Of a stretch of 64,000 bases of DNA, positions 45,822 to 64,000 are shown in pieces. The translations under genes were made by a program, and so were the position numbers. Source of the DNA: Salpingoeca rosetta (taxonomy: Eukaryota; Protista; Choanoflagellata); NCBI GenBank assembly GCA_033442325.1, contig JAWQFM010000013.1:1523160-1587159 (forward strand), in the 5' to 3' direction. Position 1 is the stretch's first letter; the number at the start of each line of letters is the position of its first letter. The notes below the pieces were generated by a model. The model had not been told where the DNA came from, did no database searches, and saw nothing but the letters and a program-made list of their open reading frames with translations.

Positions 45822-48800
45822 TCACATGATGTGAATGTCAAAGTTGGAGCGGAGGGCGCGTCCGATTTCCCTGTAGATCATGGCTTGCGTCATGACCACC
45901 ACCGTGGCCACTGCCGTCGCCTGCACAACTTGCTGCCGCCACTCTTCCTCGGGCAATTGCTTGCGCAACGACACCATCTTGCGCTGTCGGTTCAGCGCCT
46001 TCAGCAGCAGCACAAGCGGCGCCGTGATGATGGCGGAGAGAATGACAAACTCGCCCACGCCCTTGAGATAGCGCAGCTGTGCCTTGTCGTCCAGCGAGCC
46101 CATGAAGCAGAGCGCAAGCACCAGACCCGCCAGCATCATGAACATGGCTGTGCCAAACGCCAACCGCCTGTACTTGACCATCTGCCGGTGCAGCTTCTGA
46201 ATCTCCTCCTCAGTCATGCTCTCCTCCTCCCTGTCCGTCACCTGCGGTTTGACCACGGCGACAACGTTGTCATCCAGCTCGCCAACGACAACATCGTCGG
46301 CGCACGGCAACCCGTCGTCATCAACAGCCATCGCAGCGTCACCGTCACCATCACTGCTGTCGTCGCTGTCGCTGTTGTGGTCCATCGCAAGATGGTCAAA
46401 GGCAGCGCGATCAAGCTTGGTGCCAAACGTGCTGAACACGGGGTTGAACCCCTTTGGCATCTCCACGCGCACGGGCCCGACTGGGCGAGCCATGGCCGAG
46501 GAAGACGCAAACGGCGACGGCTGGTGGTAGTGGTGGCACAGCGGGGGTGGCGTGGCTCGCGCTGACCCAGGCTGTGAAGACGGCTTTGATCGCGTTGCTT
46601 TCGCTCCAGGCACAAGCGAGTTGTTCGAGTTGGCGGTGGTAAGGTTCGCCATGGACTTGGAATTCCCACCACCAGCTGTAGTGCCGTTGCGTTTGCCGGT
46701 GTGGTCGTTGCTGTTGCTCGTGATGGCGTTTGCAACAAACACGTTTGCCACCCTGTCGTCGTTGGTGTTGCCGCCGCTGTTGGCAGAAACATGGCGGCTC
46801 AGCGCAGAGCGTCCACGACGACTCACAGTCGCGGGCACGCTCTGGCTCCCGTTGTGTTCGCCATGGCTGCCGCTGCTACCACCGTTGCTGGTGGTGGTGG
46901 TGGTGATGGTGGTGATAGCTTGGCCGGGCAGCAGCGATGACGATGATGATGACGATGATGACGACGATGACGATGACGATGGGCCTACGGATGCTGCATT
47001 GGCTCCCGGTACCCTGTCGTTGCGGCGTGGACGAGGGAAGGCGGATGCAAACGGGGGCAGTGTGCCACGGTTGCTGTGCAGCGATGCGTTCACAGACGCG
47101 TCATTGAGGCTGTGCGCTCCGGAATCATTGCCATCACGCTCGCCCTTCCCAACACCATCACTGTCATCATCGCCCTCGCTGCTGGAGCTGTTGTGCCTCA
47201 CCCAGCCTTCGTCGTCGTCACCGTAACCACCACCACCACCACCGCTACCGCGGCCCTTGTACGCTGCGTTGGTCTGGAACGCCGTCACGCCAACACCACC
47301 GCTGCTGCTATCACGCTGCGTGCCGGCCGCTTCTGCCGTGTTGACAAACGCGCCTGCATCTGGGGGCGCAATGAGCTTGTGCTCAAGCACAAACCCAATG
47401 TCGTCCTCGTTGAGGTGGTGCGGGTCAATAAAGTACTTGCCTGTGATGGCCGGGTCGCGCGTGGCCAGGACAGCGTGGTTGCGGTAGCGGTCGGGGGCAA
47501 CGCGGCGCAGCGTGTCAATGAGGACCGTGTACTTTGCCATGAAGATGGTCAGCGCAATGAGCACGGGGAAGCTCATGAGAAACACGTACACGCCCTCCAG
47601 CGGCAGGTAGGTTGTCTTGCCGTTGATGGTGATGCGGAACGTGTTGACCTGCTCGTCGGGGTACTGCGTGGCCGTGTAGGCGAAGATGGCCATCATGCCA
47701 AACGTCAGCGATGTCGTAGCAACAAGCGCCGTCACCTTGCTCGCACGCTTCGGGTACACGTGCAGGCCAGAAAACCACACCACGGCCAGCCAGTTGTGCT
47801 TGGTCTTGAGGTTGTACCAGAACCGGGCAAAGAAGCCGCGCATCATGCCCATCTCCGCCCACTGGAAGTCGAGCTCGCGCTCCGTGAGCTGCCTGTCGCC
47901 ATCATCCCATATCACGCCCTCCTCCACCAGCGCCTGACGCCTGTCGTACGCACGCCGCTCCAGCCACGCAAACACATACGCGAAGATGACAAACCCGTAG
48001 AAGCCCGCAAACACGGCGTAGATGTAGCGGGCGTTGCGCGGGTCGAAGTTTGCAATGGTGACCTTTGGCGCGGCAATGCGAAAGTCGATGCCAGCGGAAA
48101 AGGTGGAGAGATGGGTGGTGCGGCACACAATGATCTCGTCTGTGCTCAACTCTGGCACGAGCATGACGCCACGCGTATCCCAGTCGCCGAGGCAGGGGTC
48201 GCTGCTGCCGGTGGCGTTGGAGGTGCAGTTCAGGCGCGGGAGGGTGGCGTTCCAGAAGCGGCACACCGTCTCGTTGAGCGGGGTGCCGTCGCTTGGAATG
48301 GAAATGTCAATGGGGGTGGGCAGGTCGGCCACGCTCACAGTCATGCCATCCACCTTGAGCGAAAAGTCGAGCACGTTGGCGCGCGTGGTGTTGTCGGCTG
48401 TTGTCTCGTCAAACACCGTCATGAGCACGCTCACAGACGCCGCAGTGGCCAGGCCAGGCACGTCATTGACAACCGTTGGCGGCAGCGACACGCGCGGGAA
48501 GGGGCGGGTGCCGACTGTAGTGGAGAGGCCGGCGAGGTTGGAGACGTTGATGCGTTGGGCCTGGATGGCAATGCCACCGCCCTCAACCACCTTGGGCGGC
48601 GCATTCAGCTGCAGGGACATGTCGATGGAATCAAGAATGGAGTCGAGCGTGTGCACGATGTCGTTTGAAAAGCCCGCAGCAAGCGAGGAGGAACCACTTG
48701 TACCGCCGCTGATGCCCTGAGCTGCCGCTGCCAGCGAGTCGAGCGCAGACTGGGCAGGGTTGGTGGTGGTCGTCGTGGTGGTCGTAGTCGTGGTGGTTGT

Positions 48801-49282
48801 AGTTGCTGGTATCGTGGTGGTGGTGGTTGTCGTGGTTGCCACCGGCGTCGTTGTTGTCGTTGTCGTTGCGTCCAGGAATGTGGAGAAGAGGGCCACCTGG
48901 CACGTGTAATTCACAGAAAACGACAGCACCCTGGCCTGTGCATCGTATACCTGGTTGTCAACAGCAACCCACCCCACCTGCTCATCGGCAAAGCACCGCG
49001 CCTCAAACCCGCGCCGCTCCGTGTCTGCCAGCGCCAGGTCGGTCAGGTCGACGGTGAAGTCGATGGGGCTTGTGGGCTCCTCATATTGAATGCCGTTGAT
49101 GATGGCAAACGCAAACGTGACGCCTGCAAAGCACTCGTCGCTCGCCGCTGCCGCTACCGGGCTCGACAGGTGCGGGTACAGATCCTGAGGTGGAGGGAGG
49201 GAAGAGGGGGGGAGGAGGGTTGTGAGTGAGTGAGGGGATGGAATATAGGGCAGAACCAGGACGCATCGAAAAAGATGCACAG

Positions 49283-49362
<80 letters not shown>

Positions 49363-50990
49363 CACACACGTTGATACACATTCACACACGTTGATACAAA
49401 TTCATAGACATCCGCACACGTTCAAACACGTTGATACAAATTCACACACGTTCATACACGCTCATAAACATACACACAACGAACCAGATTTGCGGCTTGG
49501 GCGTATGATGCTTCTGAGAAGACGTCGATATCAAAGCGCCTGCCTTGCTTGTCTTGGTTGAGCACATATGACACGTGCACGCCACCCCACAGCTGCGACT
49601 GGTCCCAGTGGCCAACAACCATCTGGATGCCGTCCCACGTGAGGTCGGACAGCGAGCACTGGCAGTCGTCACACGCGCACGACTCCACATCCAGATCACA
49701 CACGTCATCGCCGCACTTGTTGCCGCCTGGTCCGCTCAGCCGGCGTGTCCGCTCGAGCGCGAGCTGGTCCGATGCGAGGGCGTTGACATACGACAGCGCC
49801 GCCACAACAGCCAGTGCGGGCGGTGACTGCGGCGGGAGGGTGGCCGTGGTCATGGTGGTGTTGTGCAGGGCGAAGATGGCGGGGCCCGCGGGCTCGAGGG
49901 ATGAAGAGCCAACGGGAAACAGCAGGCTGTTGAGTGTGGCCAGCACCTGCCACACTGCGCCCAACACGGCGTCGACATCGATGGTGTCGAGGGGCTCTGG
50001 GGACGTGCCTGTGGTCAAGTGCTGCACCATCTCTGGATACAGCCGCTCCCACAGCTGGTACTCGCAGTACGTTGACAGGATGCGCTGATATGCATCAGGT
50101 GATGCCAGCGGCCCGCGAAGAACAAACACGGGCGACGACTCAATAGCGACAGGAACAAGCACCGCTGGCGATGCTGCCGGTGTTGATTCCGAGACTGCCG
50201 CTGCTGCCGCTGCTGCTGCTGCGTTCAGGGTGTCGTTCAAGGTGGCGTTTGGGTTGGTGTTGACGTGGACTGCGGCGTGCAGGGATGTCATTTCAAATGC
50301 AAATGCACGTTCCTGGTTTGCAGGCACGACGAGCTTGAGGGGCAGCGCCACGGCACCAAGCGCCGCGGTGACGGTCTTGGTCATTGCCATTGTGTTTGTC
50401 GTCGTGTTGCTGAGGGGTGTTGCTGTCGTTGTCGTTGACGTTGTGTTTGTGTTTGTGCCAGTGGTGTTGCTGGTGTCGTTGGTTGGTATGCCGGTAACAA
50501 CATAGTCCACAGCGATGGTGTTGCTGACGAGGACGGTGGTGTTGGTGAGCACGACGCAGGTGAGGTTCAACGGCTCGCAGTCACGTGGGTCTAGGGTGAG
50601 CGCAAGGCCGGGAATGGGTTGGCCATCCTGCTGAGCAACTGGAAGCAGGTCGGAGACGTTGACAATCGCCACAAACGTGGGCGCAATTACTGGGGCGGTT
50701 GTTGGCGCTGCTGTTGAGGTTGCCGGGGCACTTGTCGTCGCATGTGTCGCGTTTGTCGTTGCGTTTGCGGCATCTTCCTCCGTGGTGTGCCAGTAGAGGT
50801 CGAGGCTGAAGCTGATCACGGGTTGTGAGTTGTTGACAAAGGATACCGGCTCAACATCGAGCGAGGCAATGACGTTGATGGCGGGAGCGGCGGCGGCGGT
50901 GCACACGCCCGGCCCCACAACAAGCCCCATCGCCATGACAGTGATGGTGAGAGCGGCAGCAAGCCACGCTGCGGGTGGTGCTGCCTTCAT
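45822..50990 (-). CDS. GAIN/GPS-containing multi-pass membrane protein, polycystin-1-like 5TM region, no PLAT and no channel domain; two exons (50990-49485, 49184-45822)
   Basis: Signal peptide MKAAPPAAWLAAALTITVMAMG; mucin-like Thr tracts; GPS CRFWN..WDTRG..CRTTHLSTF; five hydrophobic helices; LKTKHNWLAVV..RASKVT resembles the PKD1 H.WLS..RVQR segment. Confidence 0.82.
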
Positions 50991-52546
50991 CCTGCGCGGT
51001 TGCACCCCCCAACGATGCAAGCCAACACAGAGAAGGAGGAAGATGTGTTGGTTGGTTGGTTGGTTGGTTGGTTGGTTGGTTGGTGGAAGGAAAGGAGTTG
51101 CACACAAACAAAACAAAACAAAATAACCTCGCTGGTTGGTGTGTGTGTGTATGTGTCGTGTGTGTGTATGTGTATGTGTATGTGTCTGGCGCAGACGGGA
51201 GGATGACGTGAACTCCTGTGCTGCTGTTTTCGCGTGCAAACCAACTATGACCACACCCCGTGGTGGTGGTGGTTATTTCATTCACCAAGAGCGCACAAAC
51301 AAAGGCAAACAACAACCGCAAGAAACCCCCGTTCACGTCAGGCAAAAGAAGAAGATGAGGGGAAGAGTGAGGGCGCGTGTGGTGTGCGATGTGGTGTGTG
51401 AGGGAGAGGGTGAGAGGGGGTGGGCACAAGTGGGCCAAAAACCAATCAACCTCCAACAACGATCGCCAGCAGCCACCAGCCAGCAGTACTCGAAGAATAA
51501 TAAAATAAAAAATTTCCCAGCCTGCAGACAGGACAGCGAGCGATGTGCGTCATTAATTGCGCGATAAATGCTGGAAGATGTAAATAATATTCCGGGGTGA
51601 GGTGACACGCACGGCAAGCAAGCAAGCAAGCACGAGAAGGTTTTTCTTTCACTACTTTGTCTTGGTGGTGTGCTGGCTGACTTTTGCTTGGCTTGTGGGC
51701 TGGCTGTGCGCACACGGCAATCTCTAATGTAAGGGCAAGACGGCGACGAGGAAGAGGAAGCGACAAGGAAGCGAAGAGATCAAACGAAGAGGAAGCGACA
51801 AGGAAGCGACGAGGTCACAAAACGAACGCACACACAAACCTCACACGAAAAAAAAAGCAGCATGAGCCATGCATGCATGCAGTGCAAAGAGGTGCATCGT
51901 GTGCTTCATCTGAGAGACAAACTGACACATAGAGAAAAAGAGTGAGGGAGCATACACAAAACCACACACACATGCACACGCACACGCATAAACACATACA
52001 AAAACCACACACGCACACACGCACACATACACACACACGCACACGCACACACACACGCACTCAAGCCCCAAAGAAAAAGGTGAACAGAAGCAGATGACAT
52101 TGTAACTGTGAAAACAGGAACCATCGGTTGTAACACAGCACACTTGCAGGCGAGAACACGGGCGGAGGGGGGCAAAGCAACGTTGAGACGATCAAAGAGA
52201 CAGGAGAGGAAGGAAGAGGTGTGTACGCTGGCAAAGCGTGACAGGTGATCGTCACACATGGTTTGACATGTGGTGGTCTGATGTAACATCAAAGCACCTT
52301 GAAAGCACCTCGAAAGCACCTTCAACATACCGTCAACAACTGAACTAGCTGAGGTTAAGACTGCAGAGTAAAGAAGAAAGCGGTTGGACGGGAGCACTGG
52401 CGAAGAGAAACATACCCCACAATGAATGGCAGCATGTGTGCACGTGTTGGCCAAGCACACACACACACACGCACACACGCACACGCACACACACACACGC
52501 ACACACACACGCACACACATACGCATGCATGCTTGTGCCAGTTGAG

Positions 52547-54968
52547 TTATTGAGTTGGTGCGAGCAGCATGTAGCCTCCTTCCTGCTGCTCCGGCACCAC
52601 TTCACCCTTCAACCGCTCCCCCATGTAGTAGTTGTTCTCTGCGGAGGTAATGTTTCATGTGACCATGGTTGTATGTTTGTGTGAATGTGTGTGCGTGTGT
52701 GCGTGTGTGCGCGTGTGTGAACACGTGTGAGTGAGCCTGGCAAGCAAGCGCTGATCGTGCAGACCACGAGATCCAAAACCATGTCAAACCGCTACAGATG
52801 CCAACGCAAGCGATGCACGCGCGTGGGCCGTCTTGATACACCTGTGTAGTATTTGATGAGTCGGGGCACGGTGTTGAAGAGGAGGGTGGACGCGGTGCCA
52901 AGGCGGTACTGGGTGTGACCCGGAGCCGTGCTGTCAGCACCAGCCTGTGAACGGTGACAGGGAAGAAGGGAGAGGAGGGCAGAGGCAGGGGGGTGGGTTG
53001 GATATGAGCCGGCGCGACGAGAAGGTGACGTCGCCAACAACAAGAAGCAAGCATGTGGTGGACAAAGTACAAACCATGCACCCAACGAACAGAAACGTCG
53101 ACGCGGTCACACACATATACATACACGCACACATGCACACATACACATACACGCACACACGCACACACGCACCCATGACGGCAGGATGAGCATGGAGACA
53201 ATCTTGTTTGCCGTTGTCTTGGCGCTGATTGCATAATGGCCAGGCTGCGACTGGGAGATGCGCACAACAAAAGTACCTGATGTGTGTGTGTGTGTGTGTT
53301 TGTTGAAGGTGGTGAGCCCAGGTGTGCAAATTCAATGCTGAGAAGCACAAGCAGGCTGCAAGGTGGCCTCCATCCATCAAAGCCTTTATCTCGCCCCTCT
53401 CCCAGCACCCACCCAAAACACACACACACACACACACACACACCCACACACACACATCTGACCTGGCTCTGCCTGTGCGAGCTCTGTGGTGGCGTCGTGC
53501 CGGGTGTACGACTGGGCGCCACGGAACCACGGCTGCACGGACAACAGCTTCCACTGCTCCTCCAACCACTCCGGGTTCACGGCCTACACAGCAGGTGCAT
53601 GTGTGCATGTATGTGTGTGTGCGTGTGAGTGTGTGTCAGTGTGCGTATCAGTGTGGCGCAGCAAGCAAAGCGAGCAACGCGGCATGGAAGCAAGCACAAG
53701 GAAGACGCGAAAGGTCAAGCAAAACGTGCTCGTAATCATGAACCATCATACCAGATAGCCGTCGTCCTGGCGTACGGCAATTAATGCATCAATAACAACA
53801 CACGCGCGACATATGTGCACACAGCAATGAGCGCAAAGGGGCCGTCAATGTGAACATTCATCTGTCTTCACTCACAAGTACAACTATACAACCTGGCAGC
53901 GCACGCGAACGAACTCTCTCTCTCTCTCCACTTGCCTTTACTTCATGGCGCACACACACATACACACATACACACATACACACACGCACATACACACACG
54001 CACATACACACACAAGTCCGCAGGACAGTTAACGCACATCGCCATCAGGCTGGGCGCGGCTAGCGTCGTACTCGCCATCGGGTGCAACAGACAGATACCC
54101 GGCAGGTTGCTGAAGTACAAGGTAAATCGACAAAGCAGGCACAAGCAACGTTGGTCAGCAAGAAGAGTTGATGAACGAACCAATCACGAAGGCGTGTAGA
54201 CGCAGACGCATTCGCGCGCACGCACACACACACACATACATACGCACGCACGCACACACACACACACGCACGCATACAGATACACGGGCACACGCTAACA
54301 CATGCACACACGCACACACACACGCATGCACGCACACACACACGCACGCACACACGCACACACGCACATGCACGCACACACGCACGCACGCCTGATTCGC
54401 CGAGCTCTTGCACTGCCTCTGCCACGTTAAAGTTGTCGTATGCAGGCTCGCCCATCTCCTCCCAGGGATCCACGCCATCGGCAAAGAAGTCTTCGTCAGG
54501 AAAGCCGCCCTGAAACCACAGCATGTCGTGCAAACGTCAGACATTGCAAGATCCGTGCGCTGATTGGTTGGACAGCAAGGCCAACTGCCATGCGCATGTG
54601 CATGCGCGCAAACGACCTCGCATGCAAGCCGAAACACCTTCTCCCCCCCTCTCTTTGCTCCTCGCTTTGCTCGACGCACCTCATCGTAGAGATCGGCATT
54701 GGCGTCAATGTCAGCCGCGAACCTGCAGTGTGCCAAAACGATGATCACCGCCATCCATCAATCAGCGAATCAAAACCAGGCAGGGGATCAAAACCAGCAA
54801 TCATCATCGTCGTCACCACCCCGAATCAAGACCACAGCAACAAAACGCGGTCACATCAATCCACACAAGCAGGGCATGCGGCATGCACGTACGCCATGTC
54901 CCCTTGCAAGTATGCACCAACGATTTCTCCTCTCCAAGAGGAGAGGCGTACCTTGGGTTTAGCGCCAT
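52547..54968 (-). CDS. SH2-domain adaptor with acidic tyrosine motifs (about 9 small exons)
   Basis: Spliced: [114 protein letters not shown]-stop. FVVRIS is the SH2 FLVRES motif. Confidence 0.85.
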
Positions 54969-56022
54969 CTTTGTTGTTGTTGTTTGGCGTGGAATCAATC
55001 GTGAGGATTAGTGGAAAGTATTCGCAAATCATCGTCGTCGCCTGCATTTGCTTGAGCATCTGTTCTCTTGTTCTCTCTCTTGTGTTCCTCTCAGCAGTCT
55101 TGGCCTCTCTTCTCTTCTCCTCTTCTCCTCCTTCCCACCCCTTCCCTCCTTCCATCCCACTCCAGCACTCCCTCCAACCATGCCCCTACTCCGCAATCCC
55201 CTATTCCCAGATTCCATGTGTTTTCTCCGTCCCATTCTCAATGTAGTCATACTCTACTGTGATGTTTTGTGTGCTTGCGTGTTGGCTCAGCCAAGACCAT
55301 CATCACCACACATCACCAAAAAGTGTCAACAGCAACAAGACACCCAAACACAACTCAACAACTCTCTACAACTGCTTGTGAAAACTCAGTATCACACCAC
55401 TCACTCACACTCGCAAATTAGAGAGAGAGAGAGAAGAAAAACAAAAAAAGAACAGAAGATATGGCACTGTCACACTATCACAAGAACTGGGCCGTGCCCA
55501 GGCTACTACAGGAGAGAAGAACGGGAGTCAGCGCTGGAACAGCTACTTACTACGCTGATGAAGTAGGTGGAAAGAAACAGAAATAGAGAACGAGAGGAGG
55601 CATGGGACATGCGGCTAGTGCATCGTGCAACGGTGCTGTGTCTGAGGAAGAAGAAGTTGGCAAAGAGGTAGAGAGGTGGAAGTCCAGCCCACACAACAGG
55701 TAAGAAGGCAAATGGACAGAGACAGGCAAGCAAGCAGGAAAGTGCACAGAATATACTCGAGGCAGAGCTGAGACTGACCAAAAATAAAAACAAAACACGA
55801 ACGAAGCTCGCACCATCGTACTACACCAAGGCGCTCCCAAAAGCCAAACAGAAAGTAAAGGCTTGGAACGCTTGGAAGACTCGAAGGTGGAGTTCTGGAG
55901 TTGTGTGTATGGACAATGGGGCAGAGGATGGAGAGGGAGAGGAGGGAGGGAGGACGATGACATACAACCGTTGCAGGCATCCCTCCCACCTCGGGCACAC
56001 ACCGACGAGGACCATCGATCAA

Positions 56023-61381
<5,359 letters not shown>

Positions 61382-61441
61382 GATGAAAAGGGAACAAGGA
61401 GAAGGACACAGGCAAGAGGCGAGACAGTGAGCGAGTGGGTA

Positions 61442-61527
<86 letters not shown>

Positions 61528-61577
61528 GGCAGGGAGGGGGTGGTGTGCAAAATGAAAGGGTGTGTATGTATGTATGT

Positions 61578-61631
<54 letters not shown>

Positions 61632-62921
61632 TGTGGTGTGAATCGTGGACGTGGAGAAAAAATGAACTGCGGTCGAGCACAGCAAAGAACAGCTGCGTAA
61701 TGGTGGAGGTAACGGCACAGGTGAACGAAACAGAGAACGTGACGTGGGCGAAGGTTGAAACGCAATGTTGGTCGCGTCGCTCACGCACGTACACGCACAC
61801 GCACGCACGCATGTACGCAAGCTGCCTGTCCACGATTCCGATATGGGCAAAGGCGCACATACAACCCAAGCAAGCCGCGAGCAAACCAAAGGAATCGAGC
61901 AGTTTCAAAGCGTGGCAGTAGCTCGCGCGACGATTGCAAGATGCAACAAGCAAGGAAAACCAGAGGAGGCGAGCAATAAAGGCCGCAAGTGGGCCAGCGA
62001 GGCAGCCAGCAAGTAAGCAAGTAGGGGCGCTCGAAAAGAAACGAGCGAGGCGGAAGTGTGAAGGGGGTTGGCAAGTTGACAACCAAGACAACAAGTAATG
62101 AACCCCATCCTTGCTTGCTTGCAAGCAAGCAAGGATGGCGCGCGGAAAAAAAAAAAGCAAAAGCAAAAGCAAAAGCGTGCAGCGTCGAGTGCAATGCGAG
62201 GCCAGCTCGATGGCACACGGCGTGAACATGCGCTCGCCACACTCCCAGTGGCAACTCGCCGAGGGCACACGAAACCGACCGAGCATGAGCAATTGGATAC
62301 ATAATGTCAGCCCCATGGAGCACAAGAGGACATGGCCGCGAACAATACGCGCACGCAAGGAAATGTTGGTGGTGGCAAGCCGGCGTGCACGCGCGCATGA
62401 GCGTGGGGGGGGGAGAGAGAGACAGAGAGAGACAGGGACAGAGACAGCGAGAGGGAGAGAGAAAGAGAGAGAGTGTGTGTGTGTGTGTGTGTGTGAAAGA
62501 GAGAGAGAGAGAGAGACCCCAAGAAAGCAAGAAGGGGTACGTGTGCACACTTGGAGAAGTCAGCGAGTGCAAGTGCCGTGGCAAAAGGAAGAGAAAGAGG
62601 TTTTGAAGGAGTGGCGTGCAAGAGTGCACGCGCATGTGCAAGACAGAGAGAGAGAGAGAGAAGGGAGAGGGGATACAGGCAGGGAAAGAAGCGACTGTAG
62701 GATGCTTGTGGGTGTGTGGATGGTTGGGAGCGTGCTGTGACGCGACCAACACCTACTCACTCATCATGGCATTGCACCCACCTTGGTATTGAAGAAGACC
62801 AACAGCGGCGGTGCTCGCTGGTGTCAAGCTCGTCTTACCCAGAAGAAATTGGCCACAAACGCGTCAAGGGTTGGGGGGAAGTGGGAAGGAGGGCACCTTT
62901 TGTGTGTGCAGATGAGCGTCG

Positions 62922-63018
<97 letters not shown>

Positions 63019-64000
63019 GGGCGGTCCACGCCTGCTGACTGTTTGTGTGAAAGGTGGGTGTAGACGAAGAAGCAGCGGCAGGTGGGGTTGGTTCGAGTGA
63101 ACACGAGCAGGTGGTCAAGTATCTTCAACAAGCGGGATCACACCATATGTCAACCACACACATGCATACACGCACACATCTACACATCAACACATAGCTC
63201 GCTCGACCTGTTGCATCCCCGCACATCCACATCCATACACGCACATACATGCACGCACACACATGCACATGCACACATGCTCTCAATGCACGAGCCAACA
63301 CTCAACGCACGCACCAGACTCACCAGAATCAAAGGGTGTGCTTGTGAAAAGAACAAAAGCACACGTCCAGTCCGCGCAGACCAGCTGTCAATGGGTATCA
63401 ATCGTGTGTATGCGTGTTGTTTCGATTGGTGTTCGTTTGTTTCTGCTCGTTGCTGTTGTTGTCGTGTTGTTGTTCTTCTTTCTCGGGTCTCCCGCACGCG
63501 CCTGTTGCAATTGAAAGTCGGCAACCTTTCCCTCCTTCGTACCCTCTCTCCCGCCTGCTCCTTTGTCTGCCTGGCTGGCGGGCTGTGGGTTTGTTTGTTT
63601 GTTTGGGTGTGTGCGTGTGATGATGTCCTTGCTCCTTTTGCTTGCCGTGGATGTGTGAGGGCGCAAAACAACGCAGCAGAGCTGTGGTCATCAGCAAGAA
63701 GAAAAGCAACCAAAGGGTGGGTGCGGATGTCGTTGTGCGCACGCAACAACTTCCCACCACAAAACACGCACACAAGCACACGCAACAAAAGCCAACCAAC
63801 AAGCAAAAGCAAGCAGAAGCGAATGCGTCTCGTTTTGAGCGCAGTGCGTGCATGCAAGCAAACGCGCCTGAAAACGCAACGACAACGGTTGCAGAACGTT
63901 GCGAGAGCGAGGAGTAAGCTTGCTTCGCACGAGCCATCGAGGCAGCGAATAAATCAAAACGTTTCGCACTTCGCAACCATCGCAGCTTCGTTGGACATGG

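Noticed and set aside
47076-48668. 530-aa plus-strand ORF and similar antisense ORFs
   Set aside because: Shadow frames of GC-rich coding exons on the opposite strand; no motifs.
45822-50990. Calling the GPS protein an adhesion GPCR or PKD1 ortholog
   Set aside because: Only about five TM helices, with no 7TM signature, PLAT, REJ or channel domain recognised.

Overview
Intron-rich eukaryotic genomic DNA with dense (CA/TG)n microsatellites, polyQ/polyH coding tracts and two N gaps. Composition and gene content point to a choanoflagellate, most likely Salpingoeca rosetta (inference). By manually splicing GT-AG introns I recognise one tRNA-Pro(CGG) and about 16 protein genes: TAF8/TAF3-type histone-fold protein, acidic orphan, Ariadne RBR ligase, TSEN2, COMMD5, a CENP-B/pogo-derived HTH protein lacking the DDE domain, TraB-domain protein, signal-peptide LRR+SAM protein, RPL23, GH2 beta-mannosidase with an internal PAN domain, Dpy-30-like/IQ protein, CDC6, PP2C phosphatase, a GPS + polycystin-1-like 5TM protein, a Tyr-motif/SH2 adaptor and a polyQ C2H2 factor. 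The main leads are: (1) polarised complementary intron repeats, (UG)n near the 5' splice site and (CA)n near the 3' splice site; (2) a domesticated pogo/CENP-B-like protein; (3) a channel-less, PLAT-less polycystin-1-like GPS receptor; (4) a PAN module inside a GH2 barrel; (5) E2F-like sites upstream of CDC6. Exon boundaries were read by eye and no database searches were run. CDS coordinates are gene spans that include introns.
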